This document shows positions 46,329 to 55,954 of a stretch of 64,000 nt of DNA, one piece after another. The position numbers and the translations under genes were made by a program. The number at the start of each line of letters is the position of its first letter. Position 1 is the stretch's first letter. The stretch comes from Candidatus Binatus sp. (lineage in GTDB: Bacteria; Desulfobacterota; Binatia; Binatales; Binataceae). Under the pieces are notes generated by a model. It did not search any database. It saw only the letters and a list, made by a program, of their open reading frames with translations, and was not told where the DNA came from. The DNA is taken from assembly GCF_050013435.1 (NCBI RefSeq), contig NZ_JBEKFG010000004.1:12967-76966 (forward strand), given 5' to 3'.

Positions 46329-47513
46329 ATGCGCTCGTTGATGTCAGGTACACTAGTAGTGTTGCTGCTCGCGGCGCCGGCGTGGGTGCTGGGCGGCAGT
46401 TCGGAGGCGTCGGCGGCGTCGCCCGAGTTAGCGGCGGTCGCGCCCGGCATAACCTATCCTGTGCTCCCCACCGAGCTGACGCCGCCGACCTACGACTATG
46501 CGGCGCCCGAGACGTGCGCCGGTTGTCATTTTATAGAGGAAGGGAACTTACCTGGCCTCGACCACACTTCGCGTGTATTGGGCGTTTGGTTTGAGAGCGC
46601 TGCCGCTGTCAACGCTTCGTGTACGGCCGGTCCTACGACTTCGGGCGGGGTTACGACCCCCGGCGCTCCATTTGCGTGCTGTACAGGGAAAGGAGCAGGC
46701 ACTTGCTCGAGCATGTGGCAATTGACGGGCAGCGGATGGTTCGCCTCGCGGCACGCGCAGTCCGATTATGCCACGACCGAGAACGGGTTTTGCGCGAAGT
46801 GTCATTCGCCCCTTCAAGCTTACGCTCCCGCAAGCTTCAGCAATGGAGCCGTTGCCAATGCTCCCTCTGTTCCGCAGCAGCGATTCCAAGCTGTGACCTG
46901 TGCAACGTGTCATCCTCCGGATAACATCACCGCGCAGATCGGCGCGTTGAATCCAAGTGCTATGGACGGCGGGGCGGTCTCCATCTATCTCTGGAAGGGC
47001 TACAACAATCCCGCCTCCTATCAGACTCTGAGCACCGGAGTGAACTCCGACGGCACTTCGCAGGAAGACCTGCTATGCCTCAACTGCCATGAGCAGCGTC
47101 ACAACACCGACGATTCGGCCATGTGGGCTATGATGACGACCACCTACGGTCCTAACGGTGGTCCGGTCAGGTGCATCGATTGCCACATGTCGGAGTACCA
47201 GTTCATCGGTGGCGGCAGCACCGGCCTGCCGCTGCTCGAGGAAAGGTTTCACGACTGGAACGTTGGCGCGGACCTTCCTTACTCCTGCGGCGCGGTAGGA
47301 TCAGTGTCGGGATGTCATAACAGCACATATTCCACGTTCACTGTAGCCGACGCGCAGAACCTTATCCCGTTCATTAAAGAGCAGCACACCGATTGGTGGA
47401 CCCTGCCGCCGTTCAATGGAGTGGTACAGGCCGCAGTGCCGGCACACGGGGCGCCTACGCTCATTGAGTACAAGACACTAGAGCGAGAGATATCGAAAAT
47501 TGACGCCATGTGA
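46329..47513 (+). CDS. Secreted multiheme c-type cytochrome (5 CxxCH + one CX8CH)
   Basis: Signal peptide. CAGCH, CAKCH, CATCH, CLNCH, CIDCH, plus LPYSCGAVGSVSGCH (Cys-8 residues-Cys-His). Confidence 0.75.
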   Translation: MRSLMSGTLVVLLLAAPAWVLGGSSEASAASPELAAVAPGITYPVLPTELTPPTYDYAAPETCAGCHFIEEGNLPGLDHTSRVLGVWFESAAAVNASCTAGPTTSGGVTTPGAPFACCTGKGAGTCSSMWQLTGSGWFASRHAQSDYATTENGFCAKCHSPLQAYAPASFSNGAVANAPSVPQQRFQAVTCATCHPPDNITAQIGALNPSAMDGGAVSIYLWKGYNNPASYQTLSTGVNSDGTSQEDLLCLNCHEQRHNTDDSAMWAMMTTTYGPNGGPVRCIDCHMSEYQFIGGGSTGLPLLEERFHDWNVGADLPYSCGAVGSVSGCHNSTYSTFTVADAQNLIPFIKEQHTDWWTLPPFNGVVQAAVPAHGAPTLIEYKTLEREISKIDAM

Positions 47514-47526
47514 GCGCAGTAGGAAG

Positions 47527-49086
47527 ATGATGAATATCAACCCCGCCACATCGAGGCGACCGACGCAGCTACCCCCGGAGGCTTTTGTTCGTCCGGCTGG
47601 GCTCTACGGGCAGTTGCCAATCCCGAGACTGGCTCGGATCGCTGCGATTCTATGTGCGTTGATCCTCGCGTGGAATGCTCAGGGTTGGTGCGCCGGTCCC
47701 CTTCCCCTGAACCTGGACCGTCCCGACTATAATTACTCCGGCCTTACGTGTATGAGCTGCCACTTTAATGCTGCTGAGGGAAATCCCCTCCACACGTCGC
47801 GCGCCGCCGGTGTTACGTATAGCACCACCACGGGCATGTGGGAGCGAACCGGCCATGGCTGGTGGGATTCGCGGCACGCCCAGTCGCAGAACGGCTGGTC
47901 GAATCCGACGTCTACACTTGGCTGGGAACAGCCCAGCGGGACCTACGGCGAGAACGACAATACTTTCTGCGCCAACTGCCACTCGCCGCTTCAGGCCAGC
48001 GTGTACGGGGTCGCATCAATTTCGGAATCGGGCACCACGGCGACAGTGACGCTCTCGGCGCCAGGAATTCCGCTTGCGGACATCGCAGTCGGTGACACCA
48101 TATTCATCGCTGGCAACACCGTTGCTGGCTACAACAACGTTGAAACCACGGCGCCAGCCCCGGCCATAGGTGGATGGACGGTGACCGGTATCACGGATGA
48201 CCCCACCGACACCTTAGCGGCGACAATTACGTTCACAGGGCTTAGCCCTGGTGGTCTTGCGACCGGCACAGGCGGCACTCTCGGAGATACTACCAGGACG
48301 AGCGTGGTGTTCAGCGGCCAGGTGCAAAACCCGGTCACAGTTGTGAGCACTGCTACAGGTACGATCGCTGCAAGTGCTGTAGGCTTTACAGGCGTGTGGT
48401 GCAGTTCGTGCCATCCGAGCAGCAGCCTCGGCGCAGCGATTATTGCGCGATATCCCGGTGTTACTCTGGTATCGGGTGGCGTAACGGCTACGCTCGTCCG
48501 CGGCGCGAATCCGGCCCTGGCAGCCTCGTGGGTTCCGATACTCCCGGGTTTCGACCCTAATGGTGTTTCGTATGAAAGCGACTTCTGCCTGACCTGCCAC
48601 GAACAGGATCCGCATAACGCGGCGTCGAATTCGGTCTTTCAGGTAATGTACGCTTCGGGGGTCTCTTGTATCGATTGTCACATGGCACCATTTGCCATTA
48701 ATACCGGCACCACGGTCGATTCGTTCGGAACTCCGGCGGGGCTTACGGAGCGGTTCCATGACTGGAAGGTCGCCGAAAACTTACCGTACTCGTGCGGCGC
48801 ACAGGGTTCCCTAACTCAATACACCTGCCACTCGGGGTTCAACGCCGCCTCCGCTTTGGCTTATATCCCTTTCATGACCGGCCAACACAGCGCATGGTGG
48901 AGCCTGCCGCCGTTTTCGTCCTCCTCGGAAGCGGTATCAGCACATGAACTGAACGCGACCTCGGACCAGCTCGCGCTGTGGCGCGAGATACAGGCGGTTT
49001 ACGGAGCGAGCGGTAAAGATACCAACTATAAAGAAGCCAGCTATGAGGAAGGGGCCCGGCTGAAGGCCGTGGTCGCAAGGCCATGA
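47527..49086 (+). CDS. Secreted multiheme c-type cytochrome, paralog of 46329..47513 with about 130-aa insertion (5 CxxCH + one CX10CH)
   Basis: CMSCH, CANCH, CSSCH, CLTCH, CIDCH, plus LPYSCGAQGSLTQYTCH. Shares an ERFHDW.V...LPYSCGA block and a C-terminal 'HTDWWTLPPF'/'HSAWWSLPPF' block with its neighbour. Confidence 0.75.
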   Translation: MMNINPATSRRPTQLPPEAFVRPAGLYGQLPIPRLARIAAILCALILAWNAQGWCAGPLPLNLDRPDYNYSGLTCMSCHFNAAEGNPLHTSRAAGVTYSTTTGMWERTGHGWWDSRHAQSQNGWSNPTSTLGWEQPSGTYGENDNTFCANCHSPLQASVYGVASISESGTTATVTLSAPGIPLADIAVGDTIFIAGNTVAGYNNVETTAPAPAIGGWTVTGITDDPTDTLAATITFTGLSPGGLATGTGGTLGDTTRTSVVFSGQVQNPVTVVSTATGTIAASAVGFTGVWCSSCHPSSSLGAAIIARYPGVTLVSGGVTATLVRGANPALAASWVPILPGFDPNGVSYESDFCLTCHEQDPHNAASNSVFQVMYASGVSCIDCHMAPFAINTGTTVDSFGTPAGLTERFHDWKVAENLPYSCGAQGSLTQYTCHSGFNAASALAYIPFMTGQHSAWWSLPPFSSSSEAVSAHELNATSDQLALWREIQAVYGASGKDTNYKEASYEEGARLKAVVARP

Positions 49087-50336
49087 TGACTGGAGCATCG
49101 AAGCGAAGTAAGCGCAATCGGGCACCTGCCATGTGGTCGTTGTCGCTGTTGTTCTTTGGGCTGCTTGCGGTGCTGCCTGCGGCAGGCGCGCAAGCTGCCT
49201 CGAGCGACGAAGGCATGCTGCTTGCGGGAGGCCTGGATCAGCTCAATGGCCCGATGACCACCGCGGAGTATTACAACTTTAAGACGGCAGCCTTCTCCTG
49301 CAAGTTTTTAGGAGGAGTAAATGCTGCTGCCGGAGCGTGCAAGAACACTTTAGCGACGGGCCGTTTCTACGCGTCGGTGGCGCCGCTATCAAGCGGCGGG
49401 GTGTTGATTGCGGGCGGCAACAGCACCGGCGTGACCTGCCTCAACTCCGCGGAGATTTACAATCCGTCAACCGGCAGGTTTACTCCAACCGCTACCAGCA
49501 TGACTGACGCCCATTGTTTCGCGCATACCACCACCGTGCTGACGAATGGCTGGGTTCTAATCACCGGCGGAGAGGACACAACCGGAAACATCGTCAACAC
49601 CGCGGATATGTACAATCCGGCGACTGGGTTCACTTGCTCAACGCTTGGAGGAGTCTCGGCTACTACCGGCTACTGCACAAACACGATGACCGATGTCCGC
49701 TTCCTCGACACCGCAACGCTGTTAAAGAATGGCAGCGTGCTGATCGCGGGCGGTAACGATGGTTCGATCGTTAACACGGCGGAGCTTTTCAACCCCGTCG
49801 CGGGAACCTTCACTGCGACAGGGACGATGACCGACAGCCGCGAAAACCACACCGCCGCCCTGATCGTAACCGGGTCTAATTCAGGCGACGTGCTCATCGC
49901 CGGCGGTATCGACGCTGCGGGCAACGTGCTGCAAACTGCCGAGCTCTACAGTCCGACGGCCGGCACTTTTGCAGCAACCGGCACGATGACCCATCCCCGC
50001 TATCTGCATACCGCGACCCAGCTTAACACCGGGAAAATCCTGATCACCGGTGGCGAAGACGGAGCCGGTGCCGTGCTGGCGAGCGCCGAGGTATACGATC
50101 CTGTTTCCGCAACCTTCGCGTCGGTTAGCTCCATGACCACCGCTCGCGCGCTTCATACGGCTGTGCTGATTACCTCGGGACCCAAGAAGGGTTCTGTCCT
50201 GATCGCCGGCGGGATCGACAACAACGGCAATACACTCGGCACGGCTGAGTTGTACAATCCCAAAACCGGCAAGTTTACCGCGGCCGGTAGCATGGAACTG
50301 GGGCGCTCGTCGCAGGATGGTACGGCGCTGCCATAG
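49083..50336 (+). CDS. Secreted Kelch-repeat beta-propeller protein
   Basis: Signal peptide. Six or seven repeats of 'G.VLIAGG.D..G..L.TAELYNP.TG.FT..G.M...R..HTA.LL..G'. ATGA overlap with the upstream cytochrome. Confidence 0.7.
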   Translation: MMTGASKRSKRNRAPAMWSLSLLFFGLLAVLPAAGAQAASSDEGMLLAGGLDQLNGPMTTAEYYNFKTAAFSCKFLGGVNAAAGACKNTLATGRFYASVAPLSSGGVLIAGGNSTGVTCLNSAEIYNPSTGRFTPTATSMTDAHCFAHTTTVLTNGWVLITGGEDTTGNIVNTADMYNPATGFTCSTLGGVSATTGYCTNTMTDVRFLDTATLLKNGSVLIAGGNDGSIVNTAELFNPVAGTFTATGTMTDSRENHTAALIVTGSNSGDVLIAGGIDAAGNVLQTAELYSPTAGTFAATGTMTHPRYLHTATQLNTGKILITGGEDGAGAVLASAEVYDPVSATFASVSSMTTARALHTAVLITSGPKKGSVLIAGGIDNNGNTLGTAELYNPKTGKFTAAGSMELGRSSQDGTALP

Positions 50337-50351
50337 GGCGACGAGTGACCG

Positions 50352-51281
50352 ATGGCCGATTGTTCGCAATGTGAGACACCGTTCCCGATAGGCGCGAAGT
50401 TCTGCGCTGCGTGCGGCAATCGCGTCGATGCGGCTGGCGTGGACGAACTCCGGCGGCCAAGCGACAGCTGGCCTGGCCGTGGTGGCTTATCAGCTTCATG
50501 GATTGTCGCAGTCAGTGGCGCATTTTTGCTCGGCGGAGTCCTGACGTGGATGTTTATGCCTGCCGGGAAACACGACCGCTCGCAAGTCGCCATGCAGCCA
50601 ACTACCCAGGGACGTGCATCGACTTTGAACGGCCAGGTATCTGGCGTCATGCCGCCCGGACATTCGACGCCCTCCTTACCTTCTGGGCATCCGATGGCTG
50701 GTGGTCCGGCCCACGCCGCCGGCACGCTTATCGCCAAGGCGGAGAAACAGGCCAAGGCCAGTCCCAACGACATCGCAGCCTGGAACCGCCTCGGCGACGT
50801 GGCCTTCCGATCCGCGGTGTTCGACCCCGCGAATTATGACCACGCGCGTGAAGCGTTCACGCACGTGCTGGAACTCGACCCCGACAATCTCGACGCTCTG
50901 CGCGGGCTCGGAAACGTATGCTTCGATCAAAGACAACTCGACAAAGCGATCGCGGCGTACCAGCACTACCTGCGGCTTAAACCGAAAGACGCGCAGGTAC
51001 TAACCGATCTCGGCACGATGTATATGGCCCAGCAAAACTCGCACGAGGCGATCGCGCGCTACTCCGCGGCGCTCGCGCTGGCGCCGAGGTCCTTTCCAGC
51101 TCAGTTTAACCTTGGGGTGGCCTATCTGATGCTCAATGATAACCCCAATGCACGTGAGGCTTTGTCGCGCGCGCGCTCGCTTGCACCTGGAGACGCTGCT
51201 CGCACCAGGATCGATATGCTGTTGGCGCGAATAGATTCAAATGAAATGGCGAAGGGCACTGCTGCCAGCAAGTCGCGATGA
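50352..51281 (+). CDS. Zinc-ribbon / TM / TPR-repeat protein (CcmI/NrfG-like architecture)
   Basis: N-terminal CSQC..CAAC zinc ribbon. One TM helix. A periplasmic region with 4-5 TPR motifs (AWNRLGDVAF.., ALRGLGNVCF.., VLTDLGTMYM.., AQFNLGVAYL..). Confidence 0.6.
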   Translation: MADCSQCETPFPIGAKFCAACGNRVDAAGVDELRRPSDSWPGRGGLSASWIVAVSGAFLLGGVLTWMFMPAGKHDRSQVAMQPTTQGRASTLNGQVSGVMPPGHSTPSLPSGHPMAGGPAHAAGTLIAKAEKQAKASPNDIAAWNRLGDVAFRSAVFDPANYDHAREAFTHVLELDPDNLDALRGLGNVCFDQRQLDKAIAAYQHYLRLKPKDAQVLTDLGTMYMAQQNSHEAIARYSAALALAPRSFPAQFNLGVAYLMLNDNPNAREALSRARSLAPGDAARTRIDMLLARIDSNEMAKGTAASKSR

Positions 51282-51483
51282 AATTTCCCTCACGCTTCAG
51301 TGTGCCGAGTCAAAAGTGGCATCGCTGAACATTGGACCAGTTAAGAGAGCAATCAGGTTAACTTAGAGTAGCTAGAGGCGCCGATATAATTGTTGCCTAA
51401 TCCTCCCAACGGGATCATTAGGCTCGCTTAAGCCGTGTTCCAGTGGTCCGGTTGTTTTCCCCGTCAACACGGGGGAGAAGCAA

Positions 51484-54132
51484 ATGAACAAGTACGCAGG
51501 AAAAGTACGGATCGGCGTGATCGCGATCTTTTGTGGGCTCGCGTTTGCGATTGTCGGCCTTCATCGTTCTTCAGGCCGCGCCTATAGCGGGGTTCCCACC
51601 CCGACCCTACTGGTTTCGGACGTTTGCTCCTACGCCGTCACGGCTTACTCTGCCGCGAGCAACGGCGACGTCTCCCCGCTGATCCCCGTCCCTACCGGAC
51701 TTTCCGCACCGCAATTTGTGACCATTGACCCGAGTGGAAACATTTACGCCACCAACGCCTGCACCAACACCATCACCATTTACGCCGCGGGGAGCAAAGG
51801 CGACACCGGTCCCATCGCCATCATCGGCGGGCCCATGACCGGCCTGAGCGACCCAGCAGGCATCGCGCTGGATTCCAACCTCAACATCTATGTGGCGAAT
51901 GCAGGCGCCCCAGGCGTGTCTGTCTATCAGCCACTGGGAAGCAGCACCGGGCTGCTCAACGAGACCCCCATCGCCACCATCAGCGGGAGCAACACCGGCC
52001 TGCTCTACCCACAAGGCATCGCGGTGGATTCCAGTGGCAACATCTATGTGGCGGATGAAAGCGCCGCCAGCGTGTTTGTCTATCCGCCGCTGGCAAGCAG
52101 CACCGGGCTGCCCAACGAGAGCCCCATCGCCACCATCAGCGGGCTCGACACCGGCCTGAGCAGCCCCGAAGGCATCGCGCTGGATTCCAGCCTCAACATC
52201 TATGTGGCGGATGAAAGCGCCTCGAGTGTGTTTGTCTATCCGCCGCTGGCAAGCAGCAGCGGGCTGCCCAACGAGGCCCCCATCGCCACCATCAGCGGGA
52301 TCGATACCGGCCTGATCAGCCCATACGGCATCGCGTTGGATTCCACCACCGGCAAGATCTATGTGGCGGACGCGCTCGCCACCGGCGTGTTTGTCTATCC
52401 GGCGCTGGGAAAGAGCGTCGGACTGCCCGACGAGGTCCCCCTCGTCACCATCACCGGGAGCAAGACCGGCCTGAGCTACCCACAAGGCATCGCGCTGGAT
52501 TCCAGCGACGACATTTATGTGGCGGACACCAGCAGCGTGTTTGTCTATTCGGCGGGGAGTAAGGGCAATGCCGCTCCCAGTTCGGCCACCATCAGCACGA
52601 CCATGACCACCGGCCTGGGATGGCCACAAGGCATCGCGCTGGATTCCAGCGGCAAAATCTATATGGCGGATGACGGACCTGGAGCCAATGGCCCCGGCAG
52701 CGTGTTTGTCTATCCGGCCGGGAGCAAGGCCAATGCCGCTCCCACCGCCACCATCAGCGGGACCAACACCGGCCTGAGCTACCCACAAGGCGTCGCGCTG
52801 GATTCCAGCAAAAATATATATGTGGCGGACGAAGGCGCCGTCAGCGTGTTTGTCTATTCGGCGGGGAGCAATGGCAACGTCGCCCCCACCACCATCATTA
52901 GCGGGAGCAACACCGAGTTGGACACCCCGGAAGGCATCGTGGTGGATCCCAGCCTCAACATCTACGTGGCCGACGACGGTGACGGATCTTGCGATGGCAC
53001 CGAGAGTTTGTATGTCTATACGGCCGGGAGCATCGGCAATGCCGCCCCTGGCGCCACCATCAGTGGTGGCAACACCGGTCTGTGCTACCCGTACGGCATC
53101 GCGCTGGATTCCAACCTCAACATCTATGTGGCGGACGAGGGCGCCGCCAGCGTGTTTGTCTATCCTCCCTTGGCCAGCCTCCCCAGCCAGCCCAATTATC
53201 CCAACGTGACTCCCATCGCCACCATCAGCGGGAACAACACCGGCCTGAGCGGTCCGTACGGCATCGCGTTGGATTCCAGCGGCAACATCTATGTGTCGGA
53301 CTATTCCGCCAACGGCGTGCTTACCTATCCGGCGCTGGGAAGCAGCACCGGGCTGCTCAACGAGCCCCCCACCGCCACCATAAGCGGTCCGCTCACAGAA
53401 CTGGGGGAGCCTCAGTTCATCGCCGTCCAGCCGGCTGCCGCGCCGACACCGACGGCAACGGCGACTACCACGCCGACTGTGACGGCCACTCCAACCGCGG
53501 TGGCGACGACCTCGATATCGGTACCGAAGAAGCTGGACGTGGGCAAATCGACGCTGGGCAACACGGTGTCCAAGAACCTCGACGTGAAGAACACGGGGAA
53601 GGCGGACTTGTTCATCAACAGCGTATCCTCATCCGACCCTGAGTTCGTCCCCGGCGCCTCGACCTGTCCGGCGGGCGGGCTTGCGCCCAAGGGCAAGTGC
53701 ACGATCGCGATCGGATTCACGCCGACCGTGCTTGGCGCGGGTAGCGCGACGCTCACGCTCGACGATAACGCGGGCACGGGCACGCAGAACGTGGCGCTGT
53801 CGGGGACGGGGGAGCCCGATGTGACGGTATCGCCCGACAGCATCGCTTACGGCAAGGTGAAGTTGAGCGCAAAGAAAAGCAAGACGGTGAAGGTGAAGAA
53901 CGAGCAGCCGGTGGCGGTGACGCTGAGCCAGATCATCACCGGGACCGACGCGAGCTACTTCACGGTGACGGGCGGGACGTGCAGCGGCACGCTGGCGGCC
54001 AAGGCGAAATGCACCTACATCGTGACGTTCACGCCGGTGCTCGGCGTCGAGCGCACGGCGACGCTCAGTGTCACGGCGAGCCCCGACCTGCTAAGCCCGC
54101 ACAATGTGAGTCTAGCCGGCACCGGCTCATAG
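51484..54132 (+). CDS. Secreted NHL-repeat beta-propeller protein with Thr/Pro linker and C-terminal Ig-like (choice-of-anchor-D-type) domains
   Basis: SD GGGGAGAAG. TM/signal anchor. At least 12 repeats of 'P.GIALDSS.NIYVADE.A.SVFVYP' and an AAAPTPTATATTTPTVTATPTAVATT linker. Three LSGTG-bounded domains as in 1064..4810. Confidence 0.75.
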   Translation: MNKYAGKVRIGVIAIFCGLAFAIVGLHRSSGRAYSGVPTPTLLVSDVCSYAVTAYSAASNGDVSPLIPVPTGLSAPQFVTIDPSGNIYATNACTNTITIYAAGSKGDTGPIAIIGGPMTGLSDPAGIALDSNLNIYVANAGAPGVSVYQPLGSSTGLLNETPIATISGSNTGLLYPQGIAVDSSGNIYVADESAASVFVYPPLASSTGLPNESPIATISGLDTGLSSPEGIALDSSLNIYVADESASSVFVYPPLASSSGLPNEAPIATISGIDTGLISPYGIALDSTTGKIYVADALATGVFVYPALGKSVGLPDEVPLVTITGSKTGLSYPQGIALDSSDDIYVADTSSVFVYSAGSKGNAAPSSATISTTMTTGLGWPQGIALDSSGKIYMADDGPGANGPGSVFVYPAGSKANAAPTATISGTNTGLSYPQGVALDSSKNIYVADEGAVSVFVYSAGSNGNVAPTTIISGSNTELDTPEGIVVDPSLNIYVADDGDGSCDGTESLYVYTAGSIGNAAPGATISGGNTGLCYPYGIALDSNLNIYVADEGAASVFVYPPLASLPSQPNYPNVTPIATISGNNTGLSGPYGIALDSSGNIYVSDYSANGVLTYPALGSSTGLLNEPPTATISGPLTELGEPQFIAVQPAAAPTPTATATTTPTVTATPTAVATTSISVPKKLDVGKSTLGNTVSKNLDVKNTGKADLFINSVSSSDPEFVPGASTCPAGGLAPKGKCTIAIGFTPTVLGAGSATLTLDDNAGTGTQNVALSGTGEPDVTVSPDSIAYGKVKLSAKKSKTVKVKNEQPVAVTLSQIITGTDASYFTVTGGTCSGTLAAKAKCTYIVTFTPVLGVERTATLSVTASPDLLSPHNVSLAGTGS

Positions 54133-54621
54133 GCGGTGCGATCGGGCGCGAACGATCCCGCCGCAATAGAACGAAACGCCCGTCCGGCCATCGTGGCATG
54201 GCATTGGCGAGAACGATATTGGCGATGATCAGCTCGCGCCATGGTCGGCGGCGTCGGCGAATCATGGTATCGTCGCCTAATCAATGTCCCTCGGCAACGC
54301 CGCCCGGACTTCATTCAGAGGAATGGCGCCGACATGACGAGGGATATCGACGGGTGTCCCTCCTCAAAACCTCATCGGGGGCGATGATGCTGTCGTGGAC
54401 ATTGTCCGCGCCAAAAGTTCCATCCGAACACGAGACGGCCGGAAAGCGCTATCGACGATTGCTCACGGCGCCGGAAGTTCGAATCTTGCCCTTTACACTC
54501 GCCTTTGAAGGTGCCGCGCGGAACAGAGCCGCGGCTGGAAAAATCTTGCAACGGGGGGGGCGGTTTGGACTACAAAGCGACTTAAAATGCGAGCGTAAAA
54601 TGCGGCCGGGAGAATTGGGGC

Positions 54622-54637
54622 CGGTATAAAAATTGCT
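54622..54637 (+). promoter_or_regulatory. Candidate sigma-54 (-24/-12) promoter for the mtrAB-like operon
   Basis: cGGTAT-AAAAA-TTGCT. Identical architecture and flanking ATAAAAATTGCTTA as at 45984. Confidence 0.4.
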
Positions 54638-54656
54638 TACTTGGCAGGCTGACGTC

Positions 54657-54860
54657 TTTAGAAATATTAATGAGAGGGCATTTTCCCAAGGGTCACAAGG
54701 CCGCCACGGAAGGGTCCTAAAGCTGAATGGTTCTTCCGGATACGATCGCGTTGTCTTTTGGACACAGTTGTCCTGTCTTGGGGGCGATGTGTAACCGACG
54801 GCGGTAAGCCGCTAGAGGGCGCGTTTGCCGACGGCGGACGCCCGAAATGGAGACGGCAAT
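54657..54860 (+). promoter_or_regulatory. Conserved 5' leader, second copy (see 46018..46328)
   Basis: Aligns to 46018..46223. Here the conserved GGAGACGGCAATATGGA ends exactly at the decaheme cytochrome start codon. Confidence 0.5.
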
Positions 54861-55883
54861 ATGGAGGAGGAACGCAGCTCGCGAAAGTTTTGGGCAGGTC
54901 TTTTGGTGGCACTGGTCGCGGTTGGAATCGCCTTCGTGTTTTCATCGCCCCCCGCAATCGGCGCGGAAGGCACCCTGCTTTCCCAAGCCGCGGGATCGGG
55001 GACGACGCTGCCGCCCGGCTACGTCCATAATGACACCTGCGTCAGTTGCCATGATGTGCAGGTCAAGGCCTTCCGCAACACGATGATGGGCCATCTTATG
55101 CTGGGCCGGCCGCGCGACGACCGAGAAAGCCTCGCGTGCCAGGCCTGTCATGGTCCCGGCCGCGAGCACTTACGCCATCCGAGCAAGCCGTCGCCGGGAT
55201 TTGTGAGCTTTCGCGAGACCTCCTTCAAGGACATCAAGGTTGAGAACGAGCGGTGCCTCGAATGCCATCAAAACGGCGAGCGCGGCTTCTGGCGGGCCAG
55301 CACCCACGCCGAGCGCGGCATTCGATGCGTCGATTGTCACGCCGTGATGTGTCCGGTGACGGCGAGCGCGCTGCCGCAGGCGCAACTCAAGAAGTCGCCG
55401 CTTGGCACGGAGTTCGTCAATCCATTCATCGTGACGCGCCCCGAAACCCAGGTTTGCCTGCGCTGCCATCTCGACAAAAAGATGGAGATCAATCTGCCGT
55501 CGCACATGCCGCTGCGCGAGGGATTGATGACGTGCACCGACTGCCACAACCCACATGGCGGGCCGTATCAGAAGCAATTGCGGGCGGCGATGGTCAATGA
55601 GGTCTGCTACCGCTGCCATGCCGAGAAGCGCGGGCCGTTCCTGTGGATGCATGCGCCGGTGGCGATGAACTGCATCAATTGCCATGTCCCGCACGGCAGC
55701 GTGAATCAGCACATGCTGGTGATCAACATGCCGGTGCTGTGCCAGCGCTGCCACATCGGAACTAGTCATACGAGTCAACCTCATAGGAGAGGTCAAATTT
55801 TCGTGATCAACCAGCAATGCGCCAATTGCCATTCACAGATACACGGCTCGAACTCGCCGGGCGGGAGATATTTCACGCGTTGA
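54861..55883 (+). CDS. Periplasmic decaheme c-type cytochrome, MtrA/PioA/MtoA/DmsE family
   Basis: Start MEEERSSRKFWAGLLVALVAV (signal anchor). Ten CxxCH motifs in about 340 aa, several as CxxCHxPHG. Directly followed by an MtrB/PioB-type barrel gene. Confidence 0.75.
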   Translation: MEEERSSRKFWAGLLVALVAVGIAFVFSSPPAIGAEGTLLSQAAGSGTTLPPGYVHNDTCVSCHDVQVKAFRNTMMGHLMLGRPRDDRESLACQACHGPGREHLRHPSKPSPGFVSFRETSFKDIKVENERCLECHQNGERGFWRASTHAERGIRCVDCHAVMCPVTASALPQAQLKKSPLGTEFVNPFIVTRPETQVCLRCHLDKKMEINLPSHMPLREGLMTCTDCHNPHGGPYQKQLRAAMVNEVCYRCHAEKRGPFLWMHAPVAMNCINCHVPHGSVNQHMLVINMPVLCQRCHIGTSHTSQPHRRGQIFVINQQCANCHSQIHGSNSPGGRYFTR

Positions 55884-55954
55884 AGCGGGAGGCACAGGAA
55901 AGCACGGCATCGCTGGGCCGCACCGCGTTTTGCAACCGGCCCGGGAGGAAAGTC

